64,000 nt of DNA from an uncultured Poribacteria bacterium (GCA_951813565.1 OX638351.1:4928001-4992000), one strand, 5' to 3'; shown: positions 8,783 through 18,963, numbered from the stretch's first letter. Numbers and translations are program-made. The notes: a model not told the origin generated them from the sequence alone.

Positions 8783-8858
8783 GTAGGGCGGGGTCCTTGT
8801 GCCCCGCCAATATTTGGAACATGCCAAGCAATGTGCGGGCACAAGGACCCGCACCTAC
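8783..8858. repeat. Inverted pair of GTAG-REPs (REPIN-like)
   Basis: GTAGGGCGGGGTCCTTGTGCCCCGCC ... GCGGGCACAAGGACCCGCACCTAC; related pairs at 12302-12373 and about 52730-52800. Confidence 0.75.
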
Positions 8859-8888
8859 AAAACAAATAGATTATTTTCGGACATTTTT

Positions 8889-9863
8889 ATGGCAATACTC
8901 AGATGGGGCATACTCGGTTGCGGCAATGTTGCAGAACATAAAGGCGGACCACCGCTTTACACTGTTGACGGTTCAGAACTCATTGCAGTCATGCGGCGTG
9001 ACCGCGCCAAAGCTGAATCCTTTGCAGAGCGGCACGGTGCAAAACGTTTCTATACCAACTTAGAGCAACTCCTATCAGATGACGAAATCAATGCGGTTTA
9101 CATTGCAACGCCGCCATATCTCCACTGCGAACAGACAATCCGTGCCGCACAAGTGGGCAAGCACGTTCTCTGTGAAAAACCGATGGCGATGACGGTAGAA
9201 GAGTGTCAACAGATGGTAGATGCGTGCCATGAAGCAGGTGTTACCTTGATGCTCGCTTACTACCGAAACCACTATCCGAATGTCGTGAAGATGAAAACGC
9301 TGATGGATGAAGGCGCAATCGGTGATGTCGTGCTGGCACGTATCAACTGCACAGGTTACTACAATCCGAATCGTCAAGATTTGAAGAATTGGCGGATAAA
9401 TCCAGAGATTAGCGGTGGCGGTGTGTTGATGGACATTGGTAGTCATCGCATCAGTCTGCTGCAGTATCTGATGGGAGACATCGCATCGGCACAAGGCTAC
9501 GCTGAAACGGTGCATTTGGACGCTGCGGTTGATGATTCTGCTGTGTTTTCCCTCCGTTTTGAAAGTGGCACGCATGCTGTTGCGAATATCAACTGGAATG
9601 TCGGCATCGGGATTGATGATGTTGAGGTATACGGCACTGCAGGCTGTTTACGGTGTTCGCCTCTGAATTCTGGGAATCTGACGCTTGAGACAAAATCAGA
9701 TGGACAAGTTGAGTTGCATCAAACGCCTCTGCCACATACGCATACAGGACTTGTGGAAGATTTTGTCAATCATCTCAAGACAGGTGAACCGATCCGATGT
9801 TCAGGTGAGTCGGGGATGCAGACAAATATTATCATTGAACAGATTTATGGGGATGGGCATTAA
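8889..9863 (+). CDS. Gfo/Idh/MocA oxidoreductase
   Basis: WGILGCG, VLCEKPMA, GGVLMDIGSH; start moved to MAILRWG. Confidence 0.92.
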   Translation: MAILRWGILGCGNVAEHKGGPPLYTVDGSELIAVMRRDRAKAESFAERHGAKRFYTNLEQLLSDDEINAVYIATPPYLHCEQTIRAAQVGKHVLCEKPMAMTVEECQQMVDACHEAGVTLMLAYYRNHYPNVVKMKTLMDEGAIGDVVLARINCTGYYNPNRQDLKNWRINPEISGGGVLMDIGSHRISLLQYLMGDIASAQGYAETVHLDAAVDDSAVFSLRFESGTHAVANINWNVGIGIDDVEVYGTAGCLRCSPLNSGNLTLETKSDGQVELHQTPLPHTHTGLVEDFVNHLKTGEPIRCSGESGMQTNIIIEQIYGDGH

Positions 9864-9884
9864 GATTCATCGGGCTTACAAAGC

Positions 9885-9980
9885 CCTCCAACAAGATAGT
9901 ACTTCTTTATAATCGAAAATAATATCGGGCTTGGTGTCCATACTGGATAACCTCCAACAAGATAGTACTTCTTTATAATC
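9885..9980. repeat. 30-bp direct repeat pair between convergent genes
   Basis: CCTCCAACAAGATAGTACTTCTTTATAATC at 9885-9914 and 9951-9980. Confidence 0.85.
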
Positions 9981-11134
9981 TATTGCTTAATCCGCTTGGA
10001 TTCCAAAGTCAACCATTCACCATAACCGCGCGGCATTTCCGCAGGCGGTTGTAATCCCGATTCCTCTCGCCATCGTAATAACGGATGCCTACGGTCAGCC
10101 TGCGGTAGATTCACACGCGTGCCGTAAGCTGCAGATTCAAAGATGCCCATCATCATCTCAATGACGTGTCTTCCCTCATGTCCACTGCACACATGTGGTC
10201 TTCCTTCATCCAAGGCATTTACATAATCCTCAACAAACCAGTAATCCATTTCGGATGCACTGCTTTTCGGATTGTAATGTTCGGGATACATTAATTCTAA
10301 CGATTCCCATTTGTCATTGTTGCCATCAGGCAGATAGTGTGGCGTTGGCAAATAATATGCACCACCCATTTTCCAGAAAAGTCTTCCTTCAGTTCCAAAC
10401 AGTTCCATTGTGTAGGCATTCGTATCCATTTTTTCAAAACGGTGCTGAAGTAACGTACCAGTCACGTTTCCTTCATATTGCATTGTCGCGGTGATATATT
10501 CTCCAGCAATAGTTCCCATGCCACTCGGTGATGGGACAACGTCTTCGGGCGTAATCGGCTTTCCACCAGTTGTCAGTTGTGCTACGACGCTTTCACACCG
10601 CTTGCCAAAATGTAGCATGTTGTTTAGCATGTGTGTACCGATGTTCATCAAGCCATAACCACCGTAGTAGCCTTTTCCGCTGCCGTACATATACCGCAAT
10701 TCACCGATCTTACCAGCATTGAAAGCACACGCAATTGTCTGCATAGATGCACCAACTCTACCCTGATGATGCACAGCAACTTGCACACCTTTTTCCTCAG
10801 CTTTGTCAATTACAGCATCCGCTTGCCCAAGATCAACACACATCGGCTTTTCTACTTCTATATGCACACCGTGTTCTAATACACGCATACACAAATCGTA
10901 GTGAAACTCTGTGCCGGTAGGAATCGCAACGATGTCAGGTGAGGTTTCCCGAATCATCTCATCAAGATCGGCGAACCGTGCTGTGACGTTTATCTCTGCA
11001 CCTAATGTCCTACGTCTCTCCTCAACCAAGTCGCAGAGTCCAACAATTTCCGTGCGTGGATGCGCGTGATATGCCCGGGCAGCTGCTGTTCCGCGTCCCC
11101 TACAACCCAAAATAGCAACTCGGTATGTCTTCAT
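9980..11134 (-). CDS. Gfo/Idh/MocA oxidoreductase
   Basis: VAILGCRGRG, EVEKPMC, GLMNIGTH; start at MKTYRV after an AGGAG RBS. Confidence 0.9.
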   Translation of the reverse strand: MKTYRVAILGCRGRGTAAARAYHAHPRTEIVGLCDLVEERRRTLGAEINVTARFADLDEMIRETSPDIVAIPTGTEFHYDLCMRVLEHGVHIEVEKPMCVDLGQADAVIDKAEEKGVQVAVHHQGRVGASMQTIACAFNAGKIGELRYMYGSGKGYYGGYGLMNIGTHMLNNMLHFGKRCESVVAQLTTGGKPITPEDVVPSPSGMGTIAGEYITATMQYEGNVTGTLLQHRFEKMDTNAYTMELFGTEGRLFWKMGGAYYLPTPHYLPDGNNDKWESLELMYPEHYNPKSSASEMDYWFVEDYVNALDEGRPHVCSGHEGRHVIEMMMGIFESAAYGTRVNLPQADRRHPLLRWREESGLQPPAEMPRGYGEWLTLESKRIKQ

Positions 11135-11305
11135 AGATTTCTCCTGTGTTGGAAAATTTCCATATCTGTTTGTCATACAAGCCCTGAATATCTGCACAGT
11201 AGCACAAGTTTACAAACTTATCAATTCAAATTGGTGTAGAAATAAGGTAAGTGAGTTCTCCAGCAGCATTGATCTTCTGCTCGAACCTCATTTTGGACAA
11301 AGCAG

Positions 11306-11334
11306 TTGATAAATTATACATATTCTGATATAAT
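11306..11334 (+). promoter_or_regulatory. Sigma70-type promoter with extended -10 for the methyltransferase
   Basis: TTGATA-17 bp-TATAAT, preceded by TGn. Confidence 0.55.
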
Positions 11335-11406
11335 TTCTCCACAAAAAAGTAAATCTAATCCAAATCTAATAGCGTGTTTTGAAAGCACTATTAAGAAACG
11401 AAACGC

Positions 11407-12270
11407 ATGTCTAAACACCATCTCTATTATGGAGATAACCTCACAATTCTTCAGAAGTATGTTTCTGATGAGAGTATCAACTTAATATATATTGACCCAC
11501 CCTTTAACACTGGAAGGTATCGACTGCGTACTGAAATACAAGTTGAGCAAGATGATCAAGGTGACCGAGTGGGATTCCAAGGCAAGATATATAAAACTCA
11601 CAGAGGGAAAACCAGGCACTACTCTGATAAGTTCAAAAGTTCGGATGCCTATCTCGCGTTTTTGCGCCTCCGTTTTGAAGAGGCGTATCGAGTCCTGAAC
11701 CCGCAAGGTAGTTTTTTTCTACATATTGATTACCGAGAGGTGCATTACTGTAAAGTGATACTTGATGAAATTTTTGGGCGGGACTCCTTTGTCAATGAAA
11801 TTATTTGGGCTTACGATTACGGTGGGAGGTCTAAGTCTCGATGGCCTACCAAACACGATAACATCTTGTGGTACGCTAAAACACCGAAACATTATACCTT
11901 CAATTTTGATGAGATGGATCGGATTCCGTATATGGCACCGGGGTTGGTGGGTAAAGAGAAGGCGGCGCGAGGCAAAACACCAACAGACGTGTGGTGGCAT
12001 ACAATTGTTAGCACCAATGGACAAGAAAAAACCGGTTATCCGACACAAAAACCGCTCGGAATTCTTAATCGTATTGTCAAGGTGCATTCATCGCCAGGAG
12101 ATACGCTTTTGGATTTTTTTGCCGGTAGCGGATCGTTCGGGGAAGCTGCAGCGTTGCACAACCGTTCCTCAATTTTAATTGATAATAATATCCCGGCAAT
12201 CCACAGTATCATGAGTAGATTAGCGGTTTTTGGGGTTGAACTTGTCAATGCTGATTACGAAACTTTGTAA
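11407..12270 (+). CDS. Site-specific DNA methyltransferase (N6A/N4C, beta class), orphan
   Basis: Catalytic DPPF precedes YPTQKP and the SAM-binding DFFAGSG. Confidence 0.92.
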   Translation: MSKHHLYYGDNLTILQKYVSDESINLIYIDPPFNTGRYRLRTEIQVEQDDQGDRVGFQGKIYKTHRGKTRHYSDKFKSSDAYLAFLRLRFEEAYRVLNPQGSFFLHIDYREVHYCKVILDEIFGRDSFVNEIIWAYDYGGRSKSRWPTKHDNILWYAKTPKHYTFNFDEMDRIPYMAPGLVGKEKAARGKTPTDVWWHTIVSTNGQEKTGYPTQKPLGILNRIVKVHSSPGDTLLDFFAGSGSFGEAAALHNRSSILIDNNIPAIHSIMSRLAVFGVELVNADYETL

Positions 12271-12413
12271 AAAAATTTTGAAAATATTTCATAAATGACT
12301 TGTAGGGCGAGGTCCCTGTGCCTCGCCGTTTCTTGGTTAGAAGACGACGGGCGAGCGCAGGGACCGCCCCTACAATTTATAGTGAACTTGAAAAATAAAG
12401 ATACACATTTTCT

Positions 12414-12477
12414 GTAGGAGCGATCTCCGAATCGCGACGAAACTCACTGATAGTCGGGAATCGGAGTTCCCTCCTAC
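12414..12477. repeat. REP pair (GTAGGAGCGATCTCCGAATCGCGA / TCGGGAATCGGAGTTCCCTCCTAC)
   Basis: Same composite appears inverted at about 17104-17163; parts also at 38013-38111. Confidence 0.75.
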
Positions 12478-12592
12478 CTTGAGGACAGCAGCTATCGGAA
12501 AAGTTGCGGAATGCAAACCCAAACAAGAGGAACATGTGAAATATAAATATACCAAATGTTAACTGGCACAACGCGTTATATTGAGTATTATA

Positions 12593-12745
12593 ACCCAAGT
12601 TGCTACCTATATCGCGAATGCTCTTGTAGGAGGGGTTTCTAACCCCGATTTAGAATAAAAAACATAAGAATCAGCGAAAAAGCCTTGTTTTTTCAGTAAA
12701 AAGCAGTGTTTGCTAACTTGAAATCTTGTCCGTAGCAACTTAGGT
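12593..12745. mobile_element. IS982-like MITE with 7-bp TSD TATTATA
   Basis: TIRs ACCCAAGTTGCTAC / GTAGCAACTTAGGT; TATTATA at 12586-12592 and 12746-12752; sister copy at 40756-40905. Confidence 0.88.
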
Positions 12746-12883
12746 TATTATACGAAAAATTAAAATATGTTTCCTATCTTTTTAAGTTCAAATGTCTCTT
12801 TTAGGTAAGTGATCCATTCAAGGTAAATAGTCAATAAGAATATTATCGGTAAATTCGACATAGTAGACACCGGAGGCATCAAA

Positions 12884-13543
12884 ATGAAAAGACTAAAGCA
12901 AATTTCAGAACAGATCAAAGAGAACATCGACCAATTTATAGCGGCAGCGGAAAACAACAAATCTCCGCTTGAAAAAACTATCGTTGATATGAAAAGACGG
13001 ATCGCGGAGGCGAAAGAACTTGTGGCTACAGCGATTGCGGAAGAGCAAAGACTCAAACAAGCATACTATGAAGCCGTTGAGACAGCACAAGTATGGAGTG
13101 AAAAAGTTGACGCTATTTCGCAGGATGGACACACGAAAAGCGTAAAGGAAGCACAACTGCATTTGCAACGCGTAAATGATTTAGAACGACAAATTCACGC
13201 CCAGGAAGCAGTTGTAGCAGACCTAAAAACTGCTTTGTATGAATTTTATCAACAATTCCGAGACGCAGCGAAACGGGCGGAAACGTTATCCCAACGTCAA
13301 AAACAGGCTGAAACGCGGGCAGAATTCTATAAATTATTAGCAGAATTTGATCTATCTGAGGATAATGTCGCATTTCAACAGGCAGAACAAGAGCTTAAAG
13401 AGACAGAAACCGAAGCAGAAATGTGGGAACAACGAAACCGCCGCGCCGCAGCCCAAACGGAAACAATAGAAGACAATTTAGACATTGATGAAACACTCGC
13501 AGCACTTAAAAGTGAAATTCTTGGCAGTGGTCAAAATGATTGA
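12884..13543 (+). CDS. pspA: PspA/IM30 (ESCRT-III-like) family protein
   Basis: MKRLKQISEQIKENI..SPLEKTIVDMKRRIAEAKELVATAIAEEQRL; coiled coil; C-terminal IDETLAALK. Confidence 0.8.
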   Translation: MKRLKQISEQIKENIDQFIAAAENNKSPLEKTIVDMKRRIAEAKELVATAIAEEQRLKQAYYEAVETAQVWSEKVDAISQDGHTKSVKEAQLHLQRVNDLERQIHAQEAVVADLKTALYEFYQQFRDAAKRAETLSQRQKQAETRAEFYKLLAEFDLSEDNVAFQQAEQELKETETEAEMWEQRNRRAAAQTETIEDNLDIDETLAALKSEILGSGQND

Positions 13544-14294
13544 AACCTTAAATCTGACCAAATATTTCGGTAAATTGTGTGCTGTAGATTCACTCATGCT
13601 ACATGTAGACTCAGGTGAAATATTTGGGTTTCTCGGTCCTAATGGGGCAGGTAAGACAACCACAATCAATATGCTTACAGGTTTACTTCGTCCAACATCT
13701 GGCACGGCGACACTCGGTGGGTACGATATTCAGAAACAGAGTTTACAGGCAAAGGCAATCCTTGGTCTTATGCCAGATACACCACAACTCTATGAAGCGT
13801 TGAGCGGCAGGCAGTTTGTGCGTATGATAGCCGATTTATATGAGGTGCCACCGCAACAAGCTGAAAACGAAATGGATGCGCTGCTTGAACAACTTGAGCT
13901 TACTGATGCCGCTGATGACCAAATCAAAGGGTATTCCTACGGTATGCAGAAGAAAATTCTGCTTATCTCTGTCCTCATACATCACCCAAAAATTCTGTTC
14001 CTTGATGAACCGACAAGTGGATTAGACCCGAGAAGCGCACGCACTGTTAGAGAAATTTTGCGCGAACGATGTGAACAAGGCTGCACCGTCTTTATGACGA
14101 CACACATTCTTGAAATTGCAGAACGTATTTGTGACAGAGTTGGAATTATCAGTAAAGGCCAACTTATTGCTGTCGGAACGCTTGCCGAATTACAGGCAAA
14201 GAAACGAGAATTGCGTGCACAACCCACAGACATTGACCCGCATCGGACAGAGACGTTGGAGGATATTTTTCTCGATCTTACTGCAGATGCCTAA
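13536..14294 (+). CDS. ABC transporter ATP-binding protein
   Basis: GPNGAGKT, YSYGMQKK, FLDEPTSGLDP. Confidence 0.95.
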   Translation: MIETLNLTKYFGKLCAVDSLMLHVDSGEIFGFLGPNGAGKTTTINMLTGLLRPTSGTATLGGYDIQKQSLQAKAILGLMPDTPQLYEALSGRQFVRMIADLYEVPPQQAENEMDALLEQLELTDAADDQIKGYSYGMQKKILLISVLIHHPKILFLDEPTSGLDPRSARTVREILRERCEQGCTVFMTTHILEIAERICDRVGIISKGQLIAVGTLAELQAKKRELRAQPTDIDPHRTETLEDIFLDLTADA

Positions 14295-14465
14295 AGAGTG
14301 AATTTGACTAAAGTCCGAAGTGAATCGAAACCGAGTGCGTGTTTGGTATTTAGCGGATTACTATCGGGCTTATAAAGCCTTCCCACACAAGAAAGAATAA
14401 ACGCTAAATTGACACCTATAGATATTTTAAGGTTCAACCCAACCTGCACGCTGTTTGGAGTTTAG

Positions 14466-16103
14466 ATGTTAAAAAGTATTAAGATATTGCTCAAGGCGGA
14501 TTGCTATGCATGGCTGAACAGTTTTAAACACGATAAACAAGCATGGCGTAAAAGCGTTTTAAAGGGTATCGGCTACCTCATTTTCATCGTGGCGTTGTCG
14601 GTGTTAGGTTATTCACTTTTCTCACATTTGCGGTCCACAGACGCACCGTCTCAGATGCTTTTGAGCGTGATTAACGGGTTCATGGTATTCGGAATTATTG
14701 TGGTCGCAAAGGAATTAATGGAAAGTTCATTGAGAATTTTATATGAAGCACCAGACACCCCACTGTTACACGCTGCACCAATTAAACCTGTAGCAATCTT
14801 TGGGTATAAATTTATTCATATTACGGCAACCCGTTTATTGAGCATTCTCTGCTTTTTGGGACCACCGTGGGTAGTTTTTGGTGTGATTTATGAATTGCCA
14901 TGGCATTTTTTTCCGGTTCTTTTGCCTGTTTCAGTTTGCCTACTGATAACGATCGCGAGTTTTATTACTATCAAAATGATGGTAATAGCAAGATACTTTT
15001 CATCTGTAGGTCTACTAACCACGCTAAAGGTAATCGGGACTGCTATAGGTGTGGCAGTAGGTTTTCTGCTATCCTTCACCTTGCTTTCCGGATCCGATAC
15101 AGTACCAGTGAAACGTATTTTTCTTGATTGGGCTTCTGCAAGAACAGGAGATGCGGCAGCCACATGGTATCCACACGACTGGATGGGAAAACTTCTCTTG
15201 AGTTGGGGGACTGAATCTACAGTCTGGATGCGGACGAAATGGGCGCTTGTCGGATTTGGCATAACGTCTGTTTTTACTGTATTAGCAATATTCACAGCAC
15301 AAGGGATATACCAACGTGGATGGGAAAACATCCGACAATTGAAATCGAAACGTAAACCTGCACGGACAAACGAAAACGCTGCTACTGCTCCACTTAGCGG
15401 AATAATGATAATTTTCGGACGTGGCAAGATACAATCCCTGATGTTAAAGGACTTTTTGATCTTCATCAAGTATACTGGACGGGTGATTGCTATCGTCATG
15501 TTGACAATCTTTTTGGTGGTCCACATCGGTTATTTGCTTGTGAGTGGCGGCAGTGTGGCATCAAACGCAGCAGAAATCCTCACTGTTCAAGTGCTTCTGT
15601 ATAGTTTGCTTATCACTTTTGGGATCAGTTGCAACGGTCTACGAGATGAAGCGAAAACATGGTGGATGCTGAAATCTGCTCCTATTACACCACAATTGGT
15701 ATTCACCAGCAAATTTTTGACAGCTTTGTTGTGTGCGTTGATATATGCGGAATTCTGGTCCCTAATTGCTGTTTTCATGCTTCAAATGACTGCTGACAAT
15801 GTTGTGCCGGTACTTCTTACACCTTTCATAGCGTTACCGACAGGATGTGCATTGAATACAATGATTGGTACGTTGCCGTGGATGGCGGAACTGACGCATC
15901 AACCGAAACCTGTTTTAAGAGTTTTAACTTTCACCGTGACGCTCATTATTGATGTAGTATTTGTCATCGCACCGGTAATTGCATGGTACACGAAAAATTA
16001 TATTATATTTTTAGTGTTGCTAACCATTCTATGGGTAGTTTTCATGATTTCGTATAGACACGGAATAGGAAATCTGCGAAAATTGTTAGTAGCACAACCT
16101 TGA
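14466..16103 (+). CDS. Putative ABC exporter permease
   Basis: Many TM helices; LLHAAPI and WMLKSAPITP motifs; follows the ABC ATPase. Confidence 0.8.
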   Translation: MLKSIKILLKADCYAWLNSFKHDKQAWRKSVLKGIGYLIFIVALSVLGYSLFSHLRSTDAPSQMLLSVINGFMVFGIIVVAKELMESSLRILYEAPDTPLLHAAPIKPVAIFGYKFIHITATRLLSILCFLGPPWVVFGVIYELPWHFFPVLLPVSVCLLITIASFITIKMMVIARYFSSVGLLTTLKVIGTAIGVAVGFLLSFTLLSGSDTVPVKRIFLDWASARTGDAAATWYPHDWMGKLLLSWGTESTVWMRTKWALVGFGITSVFTVLAIFTAQGIYQRGWENIRQLKSKRKPARTNENAATAPLSGIMIIFGRGKIQSLMLKDFLIFIKYTGRVIAIVMLTIFLVVHIGYLLVSGGSVASNAAEILTVQVLLYSLLITFGISCNGLRDEAKTWWMLKSAPITPQLVFTSKFLTALLCALIYAEFWSLIAVFMLQMTADNVVPVLLTPFIALPTGCALNTMIGTLPWMAELTHQPKPVLRVLTFTVTLIIDVVFVIAPVIAWYTKNYIIFLVLLTILWVVFMISYRHGIGNLRKLLVAQP

Positions 16104-16158
16104 AAATTTACTTATTTGGCTAATTACGAGTTATCAAATACACTTGAAAGAAGGAAAA

Positions 16159-16674
16159 ATGTTAATACAATACGAAGGTATAACACCGAATGTACATTCC
16201 TCTGTATTTGTCGCGCCAGGAGCGATGATAATTGGAGATGTAACAATTGGTGAAGAATCGAATGTGTGGTTCAACTGTGTGCTACGGGGTGACTTAGAAC
16301 CGATCCGTATCGGGTACCGAACAAACATTCAGGACGGAACGGTGATACACATGGACAAAGAGATTCCGTGTCTTATCGGTGATGATGTTACTATCGGACA
16401 CGGTGCTATTCTTCATAGCTGCGCTATTGAGAACGAAGCACTGATCGGAATGGGGGCAATCCTCCTGACAGGGTGCAAAATTGGTGAACGTGCAATTGTT
16501 GCGGCAGGCACGCTTGTACCTGAAGGACAGGAAATCCCTCCTGGGACAGTTGCAATGGGTGTGCCAGCAAAAGTCCGACGAGAGGCTACTGAGGCAGAAT
16601 TTGAACGCGTCCGACACGGTAAAGATGATTACGTTTTACGTGGCAGATTGATGAAAGACAGTTTAAAAACATAA
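16159..16674 (+). CDS. Gamma carbonic anhydrase family (YrdA/PaaY-like)
   Basis: Hexapeptide repeats; LRGD, TNIQDG, IGHGAILH. Confidence 0.92.
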   Translation: MLIQYEGITPNVHSSVFVAPGAMIIGDVTIGEESNVWFNCVLRGDLEPIRIGYRTNIQDGTVIHMDKEIPCLIGDDVTIGHGAILHSCAIENEALIGMGAILLTGCKIGERAIVAAGTLVPEGQEIPPGTVAMGVPAKVRREATEAEFERVRHGKDDYVLRGRLMKDSLKT

Positions 16675-16784
16675 TTTTGTGTAGGTTTAAAATAAAAAAT
16701 CAAGCGTAGGTTGGGTAGAGCGTAGCGAAACCCAACAATTCAACCGTTGGGGTGTAAAATAGTTGGGTTTCACGTTGTTCTACC

Positions 16785-16985
16785 CATAGGCGTCAATTTA
16801 GTGCCTGATTTTCTTGTGGGAGGGCTTTCTAAGCCCGATATTGTGAGACTCAAACCGTTATATCGGGGTTGAAAACCCGCCAAATGCCAAAAAGCGCATT
16901 TGGCGTTGATTTGGCAGCATGCCACACGCGCATGCTGCGTTGATTCACTCCCACAAGAGGATATATCCTAAAATTGACACCTATG
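16785..16985. mobile_element. CATAGG-type MITE inserted in a REP hairpin, 19-bp TSD
   Basis: Ends CATAGGCGTCAATTTA / AAATTGACACCTATG; GGTTTCACGTTGTTCTACC at 16766-16784 and 16986-17004. Confidence 0.85.
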
Positions 16986-17063
16986 GGTTTCACGTTGTTC
17001 TACCCAACCTACAGCATTTTTCGAACTCACGCAACAGTGTACATATAATTCTATTTTTTGGTT

Positions 17064-17199
17064 TTATAGCGGATTCTACAATTAACTGGACATCTGAGCT
17101 GTCCGAGGGAACTCCGATTCCTGACTAACAGTGGTTTCGTCGCGATTCGGAGATCGCTCCTACAGAATATATGTGAACTTATTTACATAATTTACTATA
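17064..17199. mobile_element. TATAG-ended MITE-like shell around a REP pair
   Basis: Left end TATAGCGGATTCTACAATTAACTGGACA matches (inverted) the end at about 41117-41143 and resembles that at about 46150-46167. Confidence 0.55.
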
Positions 17200-17211
17200 A
17201 AAAGGAAAGTT

Positions 17212-18252
17212 ATGGCGAAACACACATGTTTAATGATTGGTGGCAGCGGTATGGCTGGGGGTTGGATTCACAACTTCAGAAGTAATTTCAGTGACCGCGT
17301 TGAGATTGTTGGTTTAGCAGATGTAAAAACAGATGTCCTTAAAAATCAAGGTGAGGTTTTGGGACTTAGTTCCTCACAGCTTTTCACCGATTTTAACGAG
17401 GCGTGTGCCTCTGTCAAGGCAGATTTTTGCGGTGTGGCGACCCCACCTAAATTTCATAGCCCCGCTGCAGTTGCAGCGATGGAAAATGGTATGCCTGTTA
17501 TTTGCGAAAAACCGATTGCTGATACTTTAGACGCAGCAAAAGCGATGGTACGCACATCACAAAAAACGGGATTGCCGTGTGCTATTATCCAAAACTATCG
17601 TTATGCAAACAATAAACAGGAATTGGTACGCATCCGTGAGGAAGGTAAATTAGGACGTCTCCAACATATCGTAGGCAGATACGCGTGTGATTACCGCCGC
17701 TATCTCTCATGGGGTGTAGATTGGCGGCACGATATGGATTTTAGCCTTCTTTTTGAGGCATCAGTACATCACCTTGATATGCTCCGATTTCTCTCTGGCG
17801 GCGACTGTGAAACGCTGGTTGGCTTCGGTTGGAACCCCGAATGGTCAAGTTTCAAGCATTTTTCAAGCGGATACTATTTAATGCGGATGGACAATGGGGT
17901 TCACACATCCTATGAGGGAAACAGCACCGCTGCAGGTATTATAAATTGTTGGAATGGTGAACACTACCGCGCCGAATTTGAGGAAGGTGCAGTCGAAATT
18001 GCAGGTGGAAACCAAATGACGATCCATCGCGTCGGTGGCGAGAAAGAGGTCTATGAAGCTCCAGGTATCCCTTATTATGCCCATCAACATCTGTTTGATG
18101 AGTTCCTGAATTGGCTTGAAGGAGGCAAACCCTCAGACACACGGATTGAAGACAATATCAAGAGTTTTGTCCTTGTCATCGCTGCGATGGAGACGACAGT
18201 TGATGGTCAACCCAAGCAGATTGCTGATTATCTAAGCGATTTGGATCTCTAA
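17212..18252 (+). CDS. Gfo/Idh/MocA oxidoreductase
   Basis: MIGGSGMA, VICEKPIA, EASVHHLD. Confidence 0.9.
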   Translation: MAKHTCLMIGGSGMAGGWIHNFRSNFSDRVEIVGLADVKTDVLKNQGEVLGLSSSQLFTDFNEACASVKADFCGVATPPKFHSPAAVAAMENGMPVICEKPIADTLDAAKAMVRTSQKTGLPCAIIQNYRYANNKQELVRIREEGKLGRLQHIVGRYACDYRRYLSWGVDWRHDMDFSLLFEASVHHLDMLRFLSGGDCETLVGFGWNPEWSSFKHFSSGYYLMRMDNGVHTSYEGNSTAAGIINCWNGEHYRAEFEEGAVEIAGGNQMTIHRVGGEKEVYEAPGIPYYAHQHLFDEFLNWLEGGKPSDTRIEDNIKSFVLVIAAMETTVDGQPKQIADYLSDLDL

Positions 18253-18350
18253 TATTGAATGTAACGTTGAGACCGATAAATCGAGCCATACGCTATTCTG
18301 ACAATTAGCAGACAGTATGCCGATACATGTCGGGTGTCGCAAGCTCTACC

Positions 18351-18603
18351 CATAGGTGTAAACTTAAGAAAAAAATGCTGGATTTTTTCTTGTGGGAGGG
18401 CTTTCTAAGCCCGATAGAATACTCGGACATTGTGGGAGGGAGACCTTGTCCGCCCGATTGAACGAGATTCAAGCAGAAAATCCAAATCAACGCAGCATGC
18501 GCGTATGGCATGCTGCGGGGTTGAAAACCCGCCAAATGCCAAAAAGCGCATTTGACGTTGATTCACTCCCACAAGAGGATATATCCTTAAATTGACACCT
18601 ATG
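18351..18603. mobile_element. CATAGG-type MITE inserted in a REP hairpin, 19-bp TSD
   Basis: Ends CATAGGTGTAAACTTAAG / CTTAAATTGACACCTATG; GGGTGTCGCAAGCTCTACC at 18332-18350 and 18604-18622. Confidence 0.85.
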
Positions 18604-18636
18604 GGGTGTCGCAAGCTCTACCCGACCTACAAGACT

Positions 18637-18963
18637 ATGTACAATCAAAACCCCGAAATACCAACTGTTCTTGAGGATATTCCAGAATCCGAACAACACG
18701 TTCTGCTTGAAAAACTGGCACAATGGATTGTGCGCCGAAGTTTAACCGCGCCCGCTATTCTTTTTCTTGAGACAGGCAAACCTTTAAACTTTTTGGGATC
18801 GCAATTATTGATTGCTTTTAGTCCTTTTGTGCAAGCGTTTTTCAAAGGAGATCAGTACCATAAAATCGCTCTAATTCTTGAGAAAGACGAAAACGTTGAA
18901 TTACTCATACAACTTATAGAAAATCCAAAGGATGATACATCAAATGAAATAGGAGAAACTTGA
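18637..18963 (+). CDS. Conserved hypothetical protein
   Basis: LEKLAQWIVRRSLTAPAILFLETGKPLNFLGSQ; translationally coupled to the next gene. Confidence 0.75.
   Translation: MYNQNPEIPTVLEDIPESEQHVLLEKLAQWIVRRSLTAPAILFLETGKPLNFLGSQLLIAFSPFVQAFFKGDQYHKIALILEKDENVELLIQLIENPKDDTSNEIGET

Noticed and set aside
9885..9980. Mini-CRISPR (30-bp repeats, 36-bp spacer)
   Set aside because: Only two repeats and no cas genes. The spacer shares ATCGGGCTT with the sequence before repeat 1, so this is a local duplication of a REP-containing segment.
14888..15526. 212-aa antisense ORF and similar shadow ORFs
   Set aside because: They lie entirely opposite well-supported genes and carry no recognisable motifs.
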